A DNA stretch of 64,000 nucleotides from Octopus bimaculoides (GCF_001194135.2 NC_068993.1:9520181-9584180), one strand, 5' to 3'; positions 13,001-26,628 are shown, counted from the stretch's first letter. Translations and numbers: made by a program. The notes: generated from the sequence alone by a model not told the origin.

Positions 13001-13429
13001 AAAATGGAACTGAAAGTGTTAAATGTAACTAAAACTGTTGAAAATCATTCAATTACTTGTTTCATTTTTTTAATCTGATATTCTGAGATGAGAAATTATT
13101 AGCATTACAATTACTCTATTCTCTCTGTCCCATACCTGACTCCCTCTCTCTCTGCTCTCCACCTCTCACTTGAGTCCCTTTCTCTTTCTGTCTGTCTGTC
13201 TCTCTCTCTACTTCTCATTTTTCTCATTACAGACAATGATGCAGAAATAAACAGAATGTGTTCCTCGCTAGAAAAGGATTCTTGCTACTCTTCACCTTAC
13301 AACGACATTGATGTTACGGCTTGTGTCTGCAACACAGATTACTGCAATTCAGCACCACTAAAACACGTCTCTAGTATCACTTTAAACTTTTGTCTGGCTA
13401 CTCTTACATATCTTCTAATACATCCATGA
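9084..13429 (+). CDS. Ly6/uPAR three-finger protein (quiver/sleepless-like), signal peptide plus probable GPI-anchor signal, 127 aa, 3 exons
   Basis: Join of 9084-9141, 12306-12434, 13233-13429 (phase 1 introns): MGFYTFLGPLFLLIVLVNKSSAIKCYSCSSFDDLNCGDAFDFKYVKAYACAGSCKKTRGLTKNNDAEINRMCSSLEKDSCYSSPYNDIDVTACVCNTDYCNSAPLKHVSSITLNFCLATLTYLLIHP*. Ten domain Cys with CxxC start and CxCxxxxCN end; hydrophobic N- and C-termini. Confidence 0.9.
10417..10686. repeat. Foldback (palindromic) MITE in Ly6-like intron 1
   Basis: ACCCGATCACAAAAA / TTTTTGTGCCCGGGT ends; central GACTCGGAAAAT / ATTTTCCGAGTC. Confidence 0.75.
12306..12434 (+). CDS. Ly6-like exon 2
   Basis: polypyrimidine-gcag acceptor; SAIKCYSC...GSCKKTRGLTK; phase 1-1. 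Confidence 0.9.
12490..12689. mobile_element. piggyBac-type MITE in Ly6-like intron 2
   Basis: TTAA flanks; degenerate TIR CCCTTTTGCATT / AATGCTAAAAAG. Confidence 0.45.
13233..13429 (+). CDS. Ly6-like exon 3 (to stop)
   Basis: ttctcattacag acceptor; ...ACVCNTDYCNSA...LLIHP*. Confidence 0.9.
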
Positions 13430-15112
13430 AATCAGATTTTGCATTCCATTCATTTGATTTCATATCATTTAATTCATATCACATCATGTCATAATAAGCA
13501 CTTTCTTCATATCAACTTTGCCTTTCATCCTTTCAGGGTCGATTAAATAAGTACCAGTTATACACTGGGGTCAATGTAATCAACATAATCCTTTCCCCCA
13601 AATTTGAGGCCTTGTGTTTCCAGTAGAAAGGATTATTCTAATGGTTGTTGCAACATCCTTTAAGCTTTAATCTTTACACCCTGATAAGTTTCAGTCATTG
13701 AATTACCACCTTCTTAATGCAAATCCTTCAAGTTTTGTTTGAATTAATGTCCCAAAGATACTATCAATAAACCTGGCTCAACCAGTAATGCTTCTTGATT
13801 TATGAATGGCTTAGAAAATTATTTTAAATATAAGGTTAGGAGCTCAAAATTTGATACAACTTTTGCTTAGGGTTCATTACTCCTCTGNNNNNNNNNNAAT
13901 AAGGAAATGAGACTCGAATGTAAAAAAAAATTATGTAAAGCAGTTTTAAAAAAAAAAAAAGGTAAAAAAATGAGGTGAGGTATTTGTTAGGTGGTTGTGT
14001 CCAGTTTGTAGGACACAATTCTTAGAGACTGCTTGCTTCATTCTGTTCAGCTTAGCTCAGCTACCACTCTGACTTCAAAACTGAATAGTTATAAGTAACA
14101 GGAGCAGACATCCAGCTATAAAAAAAACTGATGCTTGTATGGAAAATAGCAGGAAAAAATAACAAAATAACAAAAACAACTAACTCTGCGTTACCTGTTT
14201 ATTAAGGGAAGTAACTTTTGACAGCATACACACTATGTCAATGATATTAATGTTTTTGATTTTCCAAAGCAGAGTGAATGATGGGAAAGAGAATGACAGG
14301 GAAAAAATATCTTGCAGTATCTGGTTACAATCTGAGAAATAAATGAACACCACAACATCATTTTCCATTCTTCTTATAAGAAAGAAAAGAAAGCAAGCAA
14401 TGATCATCCAACTTGTTAGAAGTACCAACTGTACATCACTCAAATTAGGCCATACCATTCTATACATATACACTCACATACATACATGTATGTATGTAAA
14501 AGACACTTTGGATGACATTATGTCTGAATATCATAATGATGTTGAAGGTCATGGTTTGAAATGCTTTGACCATAGGCCAGTTTGATAAGCCCGATCTCAG
14601 GTTAATTGTAATGGTGTATATAATGTTGGTTAGAGTCTTCAACTCTAAAGTAACTGTTTCAACAATTCCAGTACAAAAATTTGAAGACCCATATAACCCC
14701 CATGCTTCAGAACCAAATATTAAAAAAAATTTGTTTGCCAGTACCACAAAAATGCTACAATCTGAACTTGAAGTGCCATGGTACCATGACACTATGCTCC
14801 AGCTGTGTCTGCGTTCATGCAACTGGAGTTATTAGACCAATGATATATATATATTCTCTGTCCTATAGAACCAAAATATCTATTCTGAAATTAATAACTA
14901 ATATTATGTTATAAATGCATTTAAATCAATGTTTCTGATTGTTATGAAATACAGAAATAGTTTCATTTGATTTGGATTCATTATAAAAACGAAATAGAGC
15001 TGTTTGATCAAGGAAAACATGGGATCTAATGCATTTTAGGGTCTAATTTGCTTATTTAAATGACTTTTATAATAATTTAACTCTTGAATAAAATTTTGGT
15101 CAAATCATAGTG

Positions 15113-15155
<43 letters not shown>

Positions 15156-15315
15156 GTTTTAGGGAAAAGAACCAAGTTTCATGAACTTATCAATGAAAAT
15201 CCACTATCACATATATTTATATATATTTTAATCTGTAAAGCTCAATTTAATTTTGATTTTTTTATAAATTGATTTTAATTGAGTTTTTACTTGTAATTTT
15301 GGATTTTGTCCCTAT

Positions 15316-15373
<58 letters not shown>

Positions 15374-18300
15374 AACATTTATTGTCCTAAACATATTTTT
15401 AAAACCTTAATACTAACTAATTTTGGTGTGGAACACACCATACGATTTACAAAAGCCACAAGACCTATCACGTATATTGTACAGACAACCCTGCCACTCA
15501 AATTTTAATGTATTAAAATGAAACTATTTTAAAGTATTTTTTTCTTTTTAATATTCAACAACGAAAGTGATATAACTCATTATTTTGAAAATAGCGATTA
15601 GCATTTGCTACATAAAAAATATTTTTTTCAAAATGTTATCACAAAATGCCTTATCTGGTGAAATCCCAGAATTTTTTCACGGGATCCACTTTGAGAATCT
15701 GTGCCTTGGAAACGTTTCTTTGCCTAACGCGATTGAAATGTAAGGGAGATAATTCTTCACGATCAACTACCAGTTGTAGTAGACCAAGATGATTTCAGGA
15801 AATTAATTGAAATTGTCAAACGAGATAATTGCTTTAGATTTTAATTTTGTATCGTTAAATAAGTTTTTAAAACAAGTCTTCATGAAGGCACAGCAGCAAA
15901 AGAAGGATACCAACCTAAATATCTTAACTTCATTTCATTCCTTCTCGTAGAGATCAATTTGGTCTTTCATACCTGCATACACACATTCACTAAACTGTAC
16001 ACAAATTGAAAAATTTGCCTTGAACTTTCAGCTATATATCAATTTTGTGTAGAGATATTATTTATTATACATACACTTTCATATTAACATAATGATTTTT
16101 AATGAATTTATTATTATGATAATGTTATATTTTGTCTATCTATTGATCTTTATTATGTAGCTAACTTTTCCATTGAATAAACTTTTCCATTAGATAAACT
16201 ATGCTTTTTTTGTTTTTGTTTTTTTGTTAATAACTCATCTATGTGCGTGTGTGTGTGTGTGTGTATTTGATGACATAGAAGATGCACAGATATATCATAT
16301 GCATCTCAATTTCAGCAGCACATATTGAGGGGGGAAAAACAGTTTTAAATGCATTAAAAGATGTAATGTTTAAAGCAAGTTTGCATATAGAATCCTGAAT
16401 ATTCCCCACCTGCCAACCATTAAAAACAAAAATATTTTGAGACATTTTGGAGGAACAACAGTATGTCTTGTATACCTTCCAATGCAGAATTTTGTATTTA
16501 TGTAATTTACTTTTAGTTTGAAAAGTGTCATGGAAGAAACCTTTGGCCCCTGTATCACTTTGTAGCTTTTGCTGACTAAAAAGGAAAAAAATATTGTTCT
16601 TATATATTGTCAGTTTTCTGTTTAATCCGTCTGTGTGTGTGCTTGTCCCCTTCCGAGAGTGTAGTGGGTGCTTTTTACGTGCTACCAGCACAGGAGCCAG
16701 CCATAAATATATATATATATATGTATGTATATACATAAACATACATACACAAAGGAGCCTTTTTTTTTCCTTGTGGCCCCACACAGCAATATCTGGCTGG
16801 TTGTGTTTTAACCTGCGACTATTTCAATGAATATTCATTCTTTTGATCTATTGGTCCCAATATAGTCAACTTTGTCCTGTTGGTAATCTCATTTTCCTTC
16901 TTCTGTTCCAGACTGTTCTGGCCACCACATCATTGCTCATGGGAAGGCAATGTCAAGAAAGAAACCATTCTCTTGCAGTTAGCAATGTGGTTGTTGTCTT
17001 TATCTGTTTGTGTACAAGCTCAAAAGTAAATAGACACATCTCAATTTACCATTTCTTCTATGTGGCCACTACCTGGTGCTTCAAACTTTTTAATGTATTA
17101 TGCACAAGGCATGTCTACTACTTACTAGATTAAGCTTTTGAATACATCAAATGCCATCATTCTGTTTCAAGAAATAAATCTTTCAAAAGTAATTTCGTGT
17201 CTATTTTCTTTTGAAGTGTGTGTGTGTGTGTGCATGTATATGAATGTATGTGTGCATGCATGTGGGTGTGTGCAAGTGTATATATGTTTGAGTGTGTGTG
17301 TGTGTGTGTGCGTGTGTACACACTTCGTGCAGACACTTCTTATATCACAGAAATTTATCACACATTGTAATAATTCCTTTGCTGAAATAGCAAGTTGTTA
17401 ATGAATATAGTTTTTTCATGTGTTTTCTTAGAGGAGTTTTTCTCAAGCACAGCAAGAACAACACCTCACACAGGATTGCCATATTGAATACTGGGTACAA
17501 ATCTCCAGAATTATTACCAAGAAGATTCCTCAAAGGAGAAGGAAAAGAAGGTGAGGTTGGGAGAGACACAAAGAGAGGAGAAACAGAGACAGTAAGACAG
17601 ACAGAGTGAGTGGGGGACAGACAGACAGACAGAGACAGTGACAGAGAGAAAGAGAGGGGAGGAGAGAAAAAGATGGACAGACAGATAGACAGAGAAACAG
17701 AGTGAATGAAATAGATAGACAGAAAGGGAGAGAGAAAGACAAACAGACATAGTCTCTCACTATCTATCTATCTCTCTCTCACTATCACTCTCTCTTTATC
17801 TCTCACTCTCTCACACACTCTCTCTCTCTCTCTCACACACACATGCACAAACAGAAGCTTAACATATTTTTTTCTCATCTCAGAATTGCAGTTATTGAAT
17901 TAATTACATTAGATGTGACCCCCTGCAGGGTTGGTGGAGGGGAGGTGGGGGTTAATAATAATATAATATCAAAAAAGTTAGAATCTCTTTATCTTAAGCA
18001 TTGATACACTCTTTGGTTTCCTTTACATCCTATAACACTCATATATATACACCTATATACACTCACATACATAAGCGCCACACATTCGTATACATATATA
18101 CACACACATTCATTCATATATATACATATATATATATATACACATATATACATGCACACACACAGGCATACGCACCTATATGGTAAAATAAATAAGAGTC
18201 AAACATCAAATGTGTGTATTTCCTGCTGGCCTATTTGTAATTAGCTGTATTTATCAATGGGTAATTAATTAGCCTTGTTGATTTAAAGAGGGTAGATTGT

Positions 18301-18441
18301 TAGTGGCAAGCATGTCTACCTTGACTCCAGGGCATGAAATGATGTGAAAAAAAACAAAAAAATTGAAGGAAACTGGGAAATAGCCAAAATAATAACACAC
18401 ACAGACACATACATGTGTATGTATGCATGAATGTATGCACG

Positions 18442-18525
<84 letters not shown>

Positions 18526-18560
18526 ATAAATTCTTATAAAGATTTTATCCTATATTATAT

Positions 18561-18591
<31 letters not shown>

Positions 18592-18706
18592 GTGTATATA
18601 TATATATATATGTATGTGTGTATATATATATATATATATGTATGTACACACACACACATATATGTATATGTGTATGTATTTACATATATATATGTATATG
18701 TGTATG

Positions 18707-18743
<37 letters not shown>

Positions 18744-18847
18744 NNNNNNNNNNNNNNNNNNNNNNNNNNNNNNNNNNNNNNNNNNNNNNNNNNNNNNNNN
18801 NNNNNNNNNNNNNNNNNNNNNNNNNNNNNNNNNNNNNNNNNNNNNNN

Positions 18848-18897
<50 letters not shown>

Positions 18898-19520
18898 GCA
18901 CACACACACATATACACATATATACACATACACACATATATATAGAGAGAGAGAGGGAGGGGGTGGACTGAAACTAGGTCACAGATTCTGTTCCATGGCC
19001 CCACCTATAAGCTGTGTGCTCTTCCTTCGTTGATTAGTTGAGTTTCATTAAACTTCTTGCGGAGGTCTTCATTACAAGAATGGTTCACATCCTTCTTATT
19101 CTCTTACACGCAAGAATCCTTCATGTTGTTGCTGTTTTTGTTATTGTTCTTGCTCTAGTTGTTGTTGTTTCATCTTGATGCTCAAAATGTTTACACGCAT
19201 TGAATGAATGTATGTCATTCTTTCCATACACATACACACACACATATACATACATACATATATACATATCTATCTATCTATCTATATATATATATATATA
19301 TATATGTACGTATGTGTGTGTGTGTCTGTGTGTGTATGTATGTATGTATGTATGTGTGTATCTTTCTTCTTCAGAGAGAACAAAGATCTTATCCACTTCC
19401 TCTCCTTTCTCCTCTTCGTCTGTGTTTATATTATTCTGTTTCATGCTTGCATTCCTCTTCTCTCATCATCATCATCATCAGCACCATCATCACCACTGTC
19501 ATCATCAGCATTGCCGTTGC

Positions 19521-19554
<34 letters not shown>

Positions 19555-20328
19555 GGACTATAGATAACTAAATTACAACAGGTATATAGTCCATTTTTTG
19601 TATTATAGTGCATTGTTGTACCATTCAAAACGTTTTATTCTATATAAAAATGAATTATTCTTGATTAATTAATAAAAATTAATTGAAATGCACTGGTAAT
19701 GTATTTCATTAAAAAAGAAGAAACTATTGAAAGAGTTAAGCTAAACTTTTAACGCTAAATTATTGTTCATTCTAAACGATAATTTTGTTTTGTATCTTTT
19801 TAGCTGTTTTTGTGTCAGTCACAGACCAGCAATCAGTCTTTGCATTTTACACCGTTTTTTATTGGTCACGGTCTGGTGGTTACTTTTACATAATTGTTAT
19901 TTTAATTTCATTTAAATGGTCTATGTTATGTCATTTTGAAAATGTTTCTCTGTACTTAACATTGAGAATCCGTTCCATAATGCACATCATAAATTACTCC
20001 AAGATATAAAGAACAAGAGACAATATAAGCTTTTGTTAAATATTTCAGGAAATTTACTGTTGGAATATATTATAATCTCAGCAAACATTCTATGTTAAAT
20101 AAGAATATATATTTTGCCTTAGATGTGTTGTCATCATCATCAGTGACAGCTGTGTATGTATATATATATATATATATATATATACTTTTCTACTCTAGGC
20201 ACAAGACCCGAAATTTTGGGGGAGGGGGCCAGTCAATTAGATCGATCTCAGTATGCAACTGGTACTTTGAAACCAATTGCTATGAATGTATGTATGTATG
20301 TATGTAGGTATGTATGCATGTATGTACG

Positions 20329-20387
<59 letters not shown>

Positions 20388-23280
20388 GTACATACGTAGT
20401 TATGCCAATNNNNNNNNNNNNNNNNNNNNNNNNNNNNNNNNNNNNNNNNNNNNNNNNNNNNNNNNNNNNNNNNNNNNNNNNNNNNNNNNNNNNNNNNNNN
20501 NNNNNNNNNNNNNNNNNNNNNNNNNNNNNNNNNNNNNNNCCCATAGCTTAACAGATCAGCAAAAGAGACTGATAGAATAAGCACCAGGTTAAAAAAATAA
20601 GTACTGGGGCCGTTGATTCGTTTGACTAAACATTCTTGAATGTGGTGCCCCAGCATGGCCGCAGTCTAATGCCTGAAACAAGTGAAAGGTAAAAAATAAG
20701 AGAGTCAACCCAATATTCCAAAGGCTTCTCCCTCCACCACCCAAATATATTTGTGGAGAATAATCTCATTTGATATTTGTTGTTGGCACTCCGTCGCTTA
20801 TGGCGTCGAGGGTTCCAGTTGATCCGATCAACAGAACAGCCAGCTCCTGAAATTTACGTGCAAGTGGCTGAGCACTCCACAGACACGTGTACCCTTAATG
20901 TAGTTCTCGGGGATATTCAACGTGACACAGTTTGACAAGGCTGACNNNNNNNNNNACGTGTACCCTTAATGTAGTTCTCGGGGATATTCAACGTGACACA
21001 GTGTGACAAGGCTGACCTTTTGAATTACAGGCACAACAGAAACAAGAAAAAAAGAGTGAGAGAAAGCTGGGGTGAAAGAGTACAGCAGGGTTCGCCACCA
21101 TCCCCTGCTTTAGGTGTTGTCGCTCAATAAACACTCACAATGCCCGGTCTGGGAATTGAAACCGCGATCCTATGACCGTGAGTTCGCTGCCCTAACCACT
21201 AGGCCATTGCACCTTCACATTTGATATTTAGATATTAAAGAAAAGTTTAAAGAGTAAACATCAGGATTTGATGTGGTTAAGTCGGAGCATTTATCAGCTT
21301 AACCATGGACAGGTTAGACTTCCGTTCACAGAACTGTCTTTCTGTTTATTACAGAAACTTCCAAAATATTGTCCTAAATTCTAAATGGCTATTTATTTCA
21401 TATCGCTTTATTGTATTTATATTGGTTACAGACGGGTGATCTCATTCGCATCGTTGTTATTCTAATTTTATTGAGATGCCTCTGTTATGCCATTTTGGAG
21501 AATGCTTCTCTCTACTTAGTGTTAACAACTGAATGCATGTATGAAGCTTCTATCGGGAGAGAGAGAGAGAGAGTACATCGTTGTAGCAGGTGAGGGAAAG
21601 GTGTGTATGTTAACGTCGTACTTGATCTTACGTACAGTCATCCTTTATATTTTACATTGTGTTAACGACAATAGCCGTCAGGTATGCTGGGTTACGACTG
21701 CCTTGTATTTTATTAAGTATCATAAAGCCAGCAATTTGCTTCCTGTGATGTAAAACGATGTAAGATATAACTAGTTATTTCACCCTTTGCCTGCCCTGTG
21801 TATTACGTGTGATGCAGGGGACATATTTCCTTAGCATCCATGTATATATATGATACACATTCCCAGAGTAATTCGGGATTTGTGAATGGAAAGCATTGTA
21901 TTATTCAGAATATATAAGGCAGCGAGCTGGCAGAATCATTAGCATGCTAGACAAAATGCTATGTTCTGAGTTCAAATTCTGCTGAAGTAGTCTTTGCCTT
22001 TCATCCTTTCGAGATCAATTAAATAAGCACCAGTTACTCACTGGGGTCAATGAAATCGACTGCTCCCCCTCCACCAAATTTCAGACCTTATGCCTATAGT
22101 AAAAAGGATTATTCAGAATATATGAAACAAGCGTTAACTAAAAGTCTGAAAGTAAGCATGGATGTCTAGGACAAACTTATGAAAATGCTTAAAACAGGCA
22201 GGACATATTTCCCGGATGTCTCTGCATTGTATATGATATACATTCCTAATGTTGCTATCACCACTACATTATCATTGTCATCATTACCACCACCACCACC
22301 ACCACCACAACCGCCACCACTACCACCACCACAGTGTTATTTAATTGCAGATATTTGAATAATGGCCAGAATAACTTCTACCAGTTTAAATAATTTCTAC
22401 CACTTCCAAAAAACTGTATCACTTCTTTTTCATTTATCTTTTAATTTTTTTTTTTTTTTTACTTGTTTCAGTCATTGGATTGCAGTCATGCTGGGACACT
22501 GCCTTGAAGAAGTTTTAGTCAAATGAATAAACTTCAGCACCTTGTTTTTTAAAGCTTGACACTTATTTTGTCAGTCTCTCTTGTCAAACCACTAAGTTAC
22601 AGTGACGTAAAAGAAAACCAACACCAGCTGATGTACCCTCCAGCCTTCATCAGGTGTCTTGGGGAAACCAACACCAGCTGTGGGGCAATGGGTGAGTGGA
22701 ACAAATACACACACACACACACAATGGGTTTCTTTCAGTTTCCATCTACCAAATCCACTAACAAGCCTTTTAATCAGCCTGAGGCTATAGTATAAGATAA
22801 TTTCCCATGGTGCCACGCGGTGAAACTGAACCCAGAACTATGTGGTTAGGAAGTAAACTTCTCGCTGCATGATTTTTTTCCCCCTCATGTTTACAGTGAG
22901 TTGTCGTTAATGTCAACGACAGGAAAACATGAAAATATCTGTGTACATGTTTTTTTCTTTTTTGTAACATATTTCTACATTATAAATTATCTAACTGACT
23001 TATCAATGTCCGTTTCTAAACATACGCACACGCACACACACTAATAAATAAAGTTCTGAAGTTTTTTCAAGACAGAATTAGGTCCTCTTTTAACTTATAT
23101 TCTCTAACTATGTGCAATGGATGTAACTATGTAACTATTATTACATTATTCTACCAATCAGATGAGACGATAACTATGCATGTTAGTACAGGGTAATTCA
23201 AAACGAATGGGACAAAAATAAGATACACGCACAAACGCACGCACAGACGTGAGTGGTGTAATGAATATATTTTAAAGATA

Positions 23281-23370
23281 CAGATGTAACATGAAAGATT
23301 GCAGCATCTCTGGTGAATAATTCGGTAAAACGAGATTATCAGTGTTGCCAAACCTTTCATGTTACATCTG
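23281..23370. mobile_element. 90-bp Tc1/mariner-type mini-MITE
   Basis: Perfect 17-bp TIR CAGATGTAACATGAAAG, TA on both sides. Confidence 0.75.
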
Positions 23371-23931
23371 TATTTCTGCAATATATTCATTACCATTCAT
23401 TTTGAAATATCTTGTATTTAGGATATAAAATGGAAAAATATATATAACCAATGACCATATATCTATGAACAGTATTTTAATTTCCTGAAGATTCCCGAAT
23501 GTTGAGCATGTTTGATAACTGTTTATCAGGCATGTCTTTACATAGCTCGTCTCTTTGATAGAATTGTCCTCCTTGGTCAAGCTCTGTCCAAGATTGGTGG
23601 GATCCTGGCATCTAGAATGTCGTAAAGTTTGCAACAAGTTTGTTATAAAGTCATAAAGTCATAAGGTTTGCAACAAGTCGCGAGGTCGATTTATTCGCCT
23701 AAACCTGTCAAGTTAGTACCCCAGTATGGCCGCAGTCCAATGGCTGAAACATGTAAAATATGAACACGCGCTCGCGCGCGAATATTTATACCGGAACTAG
23801 GAAAACACTGAAAAATACCCACATGCTACGCTTGTGTATATATATAAAACACTTGTCAAGCATTTTGTTTTGACATATACACAAATACATAGTCAAACCA
23901 TATGTATGTAGGTATGTATGCATGTATGTAC

Positions 23932-23971
<40 letters not shown>

Positions 23972-24204
23972 NNNNNNNNNNNNNNNNNNNNNNNNNNNNN
24001 NNNNNNNNNNNNNNNNNNNNNNNNNNNNNNNNNNNNNNNNNNNNNNNNNNNNNNNNNNNNNNNNNNNNNNNNNNNNNNNNNNNNNNNNNNNNNNNNNNNN
24101 NNNNNNNNNNNNNNNNNNNNNNNNNNNNNNNNNNNNNNNNNNNNNNNNNNNNNNNNNNNNNNNNNNNNNNNNNNNNNNNNNNNNNNNNNNNNNNNNNNNN
24201 NNNN

Positions 24205-24262
<58 letters not shown>

Positions 24263-24475
24263 TATATTTATCTGGAGTTTTTTGGTAGTTTTTTAAAGGT
24301 ATCGGCACTTCAAGCGTGCTGGAGATAGGTCGTTTTCGCCCTTACCCCCTTAATATAATCATATACATATGTATATTATTATTAATTTAATACGCACACA
24401 CATATATATATATTTATATGTATATAATATTATATCATATTATATTATATTAAATTATATTATATTATATTATAA

Positions 24476-24835
24476 TAGGAAAAATCAAGACCAAGGCAGA
24501 AAGAGTATCTCAAGTCATTTATAATAATTTAATTTGAAGTCTTACAGTCGTTTCTGGGATAACCCAAGTGGTAGGTTAGCATGTCCATGCACTAGGTACA
24601 CCGTCATCAGAGACAATAAGTAATAAAAGAGAAGTATAAAGAGTAAAAGTGGTTAGAAGAGTAGTGATTCTTTACTCTTCTGTTTTATTCCTTATTGTCT
24701 CTGATGACGGAATACCCAGTGCATGGACATGCTAACCTACCACTTGGGTTATCCCAGAAACGGCTGCAAGACTTCAAATTAAATTATTTTAAGTGACTTG
24801 AGATACTCGTTCTGCCTTGATTTTGATTTTTCCTA
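24476..24835. repeat. 360-bp imperfect palindrome, probably inverted Penelope-like pLTRs, with a hammerhead-like core in each arm
   Basis: Arms at about 24476-24640 and 24672-24835 are near reverse complements; GUCU-CUGAUGA...GAAAC...AGAC at 24539-24614 (-) and 24697-24772 (+). Confidence 0.75.
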
Positions 24836-26366
24836 TAATATAATATATACCTGCTATAACAGAACCCTAGATCCAGCCTTAGCAGTGATCTTGGAACCTA
24901 AAGATGGACCTACTATAGCACTTACCCAGGATACCTATTCGTTTAGATCACAAGTGACCTAAACCCTTCATATTTTGTATATATATGAACACCTAATTGT
25001 ATATCTTTAGCCAACTCTGAAGAAATTCGACTTTTAAACGAATTTAATTATGGTAATTGATTTCTAAAGGTCTGGAATCGAAACAGCTGTCAGAGATGAT
25101 GTCTAAATTTTAATTGATAAATGATTATTAATAATCTATTTTCTTATTTTCTTTATATAAATATATGGTGGGGGGGGGGACAAGGACGCAAAACATCCAG
25201 ACAGTTAGGTGATACAAGAAAGAGACAAAACATACAGATAGACGATACAAGGAAACATGGACAGGCATTCGGAGTTTTCTCTCTTCATTCGAGATCCAGA
25301 TTATCCTTGTAATTTCGTCTGGTTATTCTCGATATTGCTCCAATGGAAAAAAAAAAAAAAGGGTCAAGGTAGAAAAGCTAAAATAATTTTATAAAAACCA
25401 TTTCAGTACCGGTTTCGGTCATTGAGACTTTTTCAACTGTAAGTATGGAAAACAATTGAATTTTGAAAAAATTAAATGAAAAGCATTTTAAAAGAATATT
25501 TGNNNNNNNNNNNNNNNNNNNNNNNNNNNNNNNNNNNNNNNNNNNNNNNNNNNNNNNNNNNNNNNNNNNNNNNNNNNNNNNNNNNNNNNNNNNNNNNNNN
25601 NNNNNNNNNNNNNNNNNNNNNNNNNNNNNNNNNNNNNNNNNNNNNNNNNNNNNNNNNNNNNNNNNNNNNNNNNNNNNNNNNNNNNNNNNNNNNNNNNNNN
25701 NNNNNNNNNNNNNNNNNNNNNNNNNNNNNNNNNNNNNNNNNNNNNNNNNNNNNNNNNNNNNNNNNNNNNNNNNNNNNNNNNNNNNNNNNNNNNNNNNNNN
25801 NNNNNNNNNNNNNNNNNNNNNNNNNNNNNNNNNNNNNNNNNNNNNNNNNNNNNNNNNNNNNNNNNNNNNNNNNNNNNNNNNNNNNNNNNNNNNNNNNNNN
25901 NNNNNNNNNNNNNNNNNNNNNNNNNNNNNNNNNNNNNNNNNNNNNNNNNNNNNNNNNNNNNNNNNNNNNNNNNNNNNNNNNNNNNNNNNNNNNNNNNNNN
26001 NNNNNNNNNNNNNNNNNNNNNNNNNNNNNNNNNNNNNNNNNNNNNNNNNNNNNNNNNNNNNNNNNNNNNNNNNNNNNNNNNNNNNNNNNNNNNNNNNNNN
26101 NNNNNNNNNNNNNNNNNNNNNNNNNNNNNNNNNNNNNNNNNNNNNNNNNNNNNNNNNNNNNNNNNNNNNNNNNNNNNNNNNNNNNNNNNNNNNNNNNNNN
26201 NNNNNNNNNNNNNNNNNNNNNNNNNNNNNNNNNNNNNNNNNNNNNNNNNNNNNNNNNNNNNNNNNNNNNNNNNNNNNNNNNNNNNNNNNNNNNNNNNNNN
26301 NNNNNNNNNNNNNNNNNNNNNNNNNNNNNNNNNNNNNNNNNNNNNNNNNNNNNNNNNNNNNNNNNN

Positions 26367-26405
<39 letters not shown>

Positions 26406-26536
26406 CGGGGAGATATGTATGTAATATAATTCTTTCTGAATTTTCAGATTTTTCAATATGCTAGGCCACTGGTTTTAAATTGATATTAATCAAATTAATA
26501 TTCAATTTTTCCCCTTATTATTTAAATTTAAAGTTA

Positions 26537-26553
26537 GATAGATAGATAGATAA

Positions 26554-26627
<74 letters not shown>
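26537..26627 (+). repeat. (GATA)n microsatellite
   Basis: Direct reading; one of many (TA)n, (CA)n, (GA)n, (CAT)n and (AAT)n tracts. Confidence 0.95.

Positions 26628-26628
<1 letters not shown>

Noticed and set aside
16517-16565. VMEETFGP resembling the aldehyde dehydrogenase EExFGP motif
   Set aside because: Immediate stop, implied introns of only 30-56 nt, no other ALDH motifs.
18415-19033. Long YI/CV/HT-repeat ORFs, and similar ones across N gaps
   Set aside because: Translations of (TA)n/(CA)n microsatellites and N runs.
19462-19553. Poly-His ORF
   Set aside because: (CAT)n microsatellite with no exon context.
20885-21015. About 60-bp direct repeat around a 10-N gap
   Set aside because: Typical unmerged contig overlap inside a SINE.
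21431-21590. Exon-like segment with hydrophobic IVVILILLRCLCYA as a possible signal peptide for the Cys-module gene
   Set aside because: No ATG, contains a (GA)n tract, and the available donors give phase 0 or 2 rather than the required phase 1.
20297-23945. Shared ATGTATGTAGGTATGTATGCATG string at 20297 and 23902
   Set aside because: Low-complexity sequence; no flanking homology.
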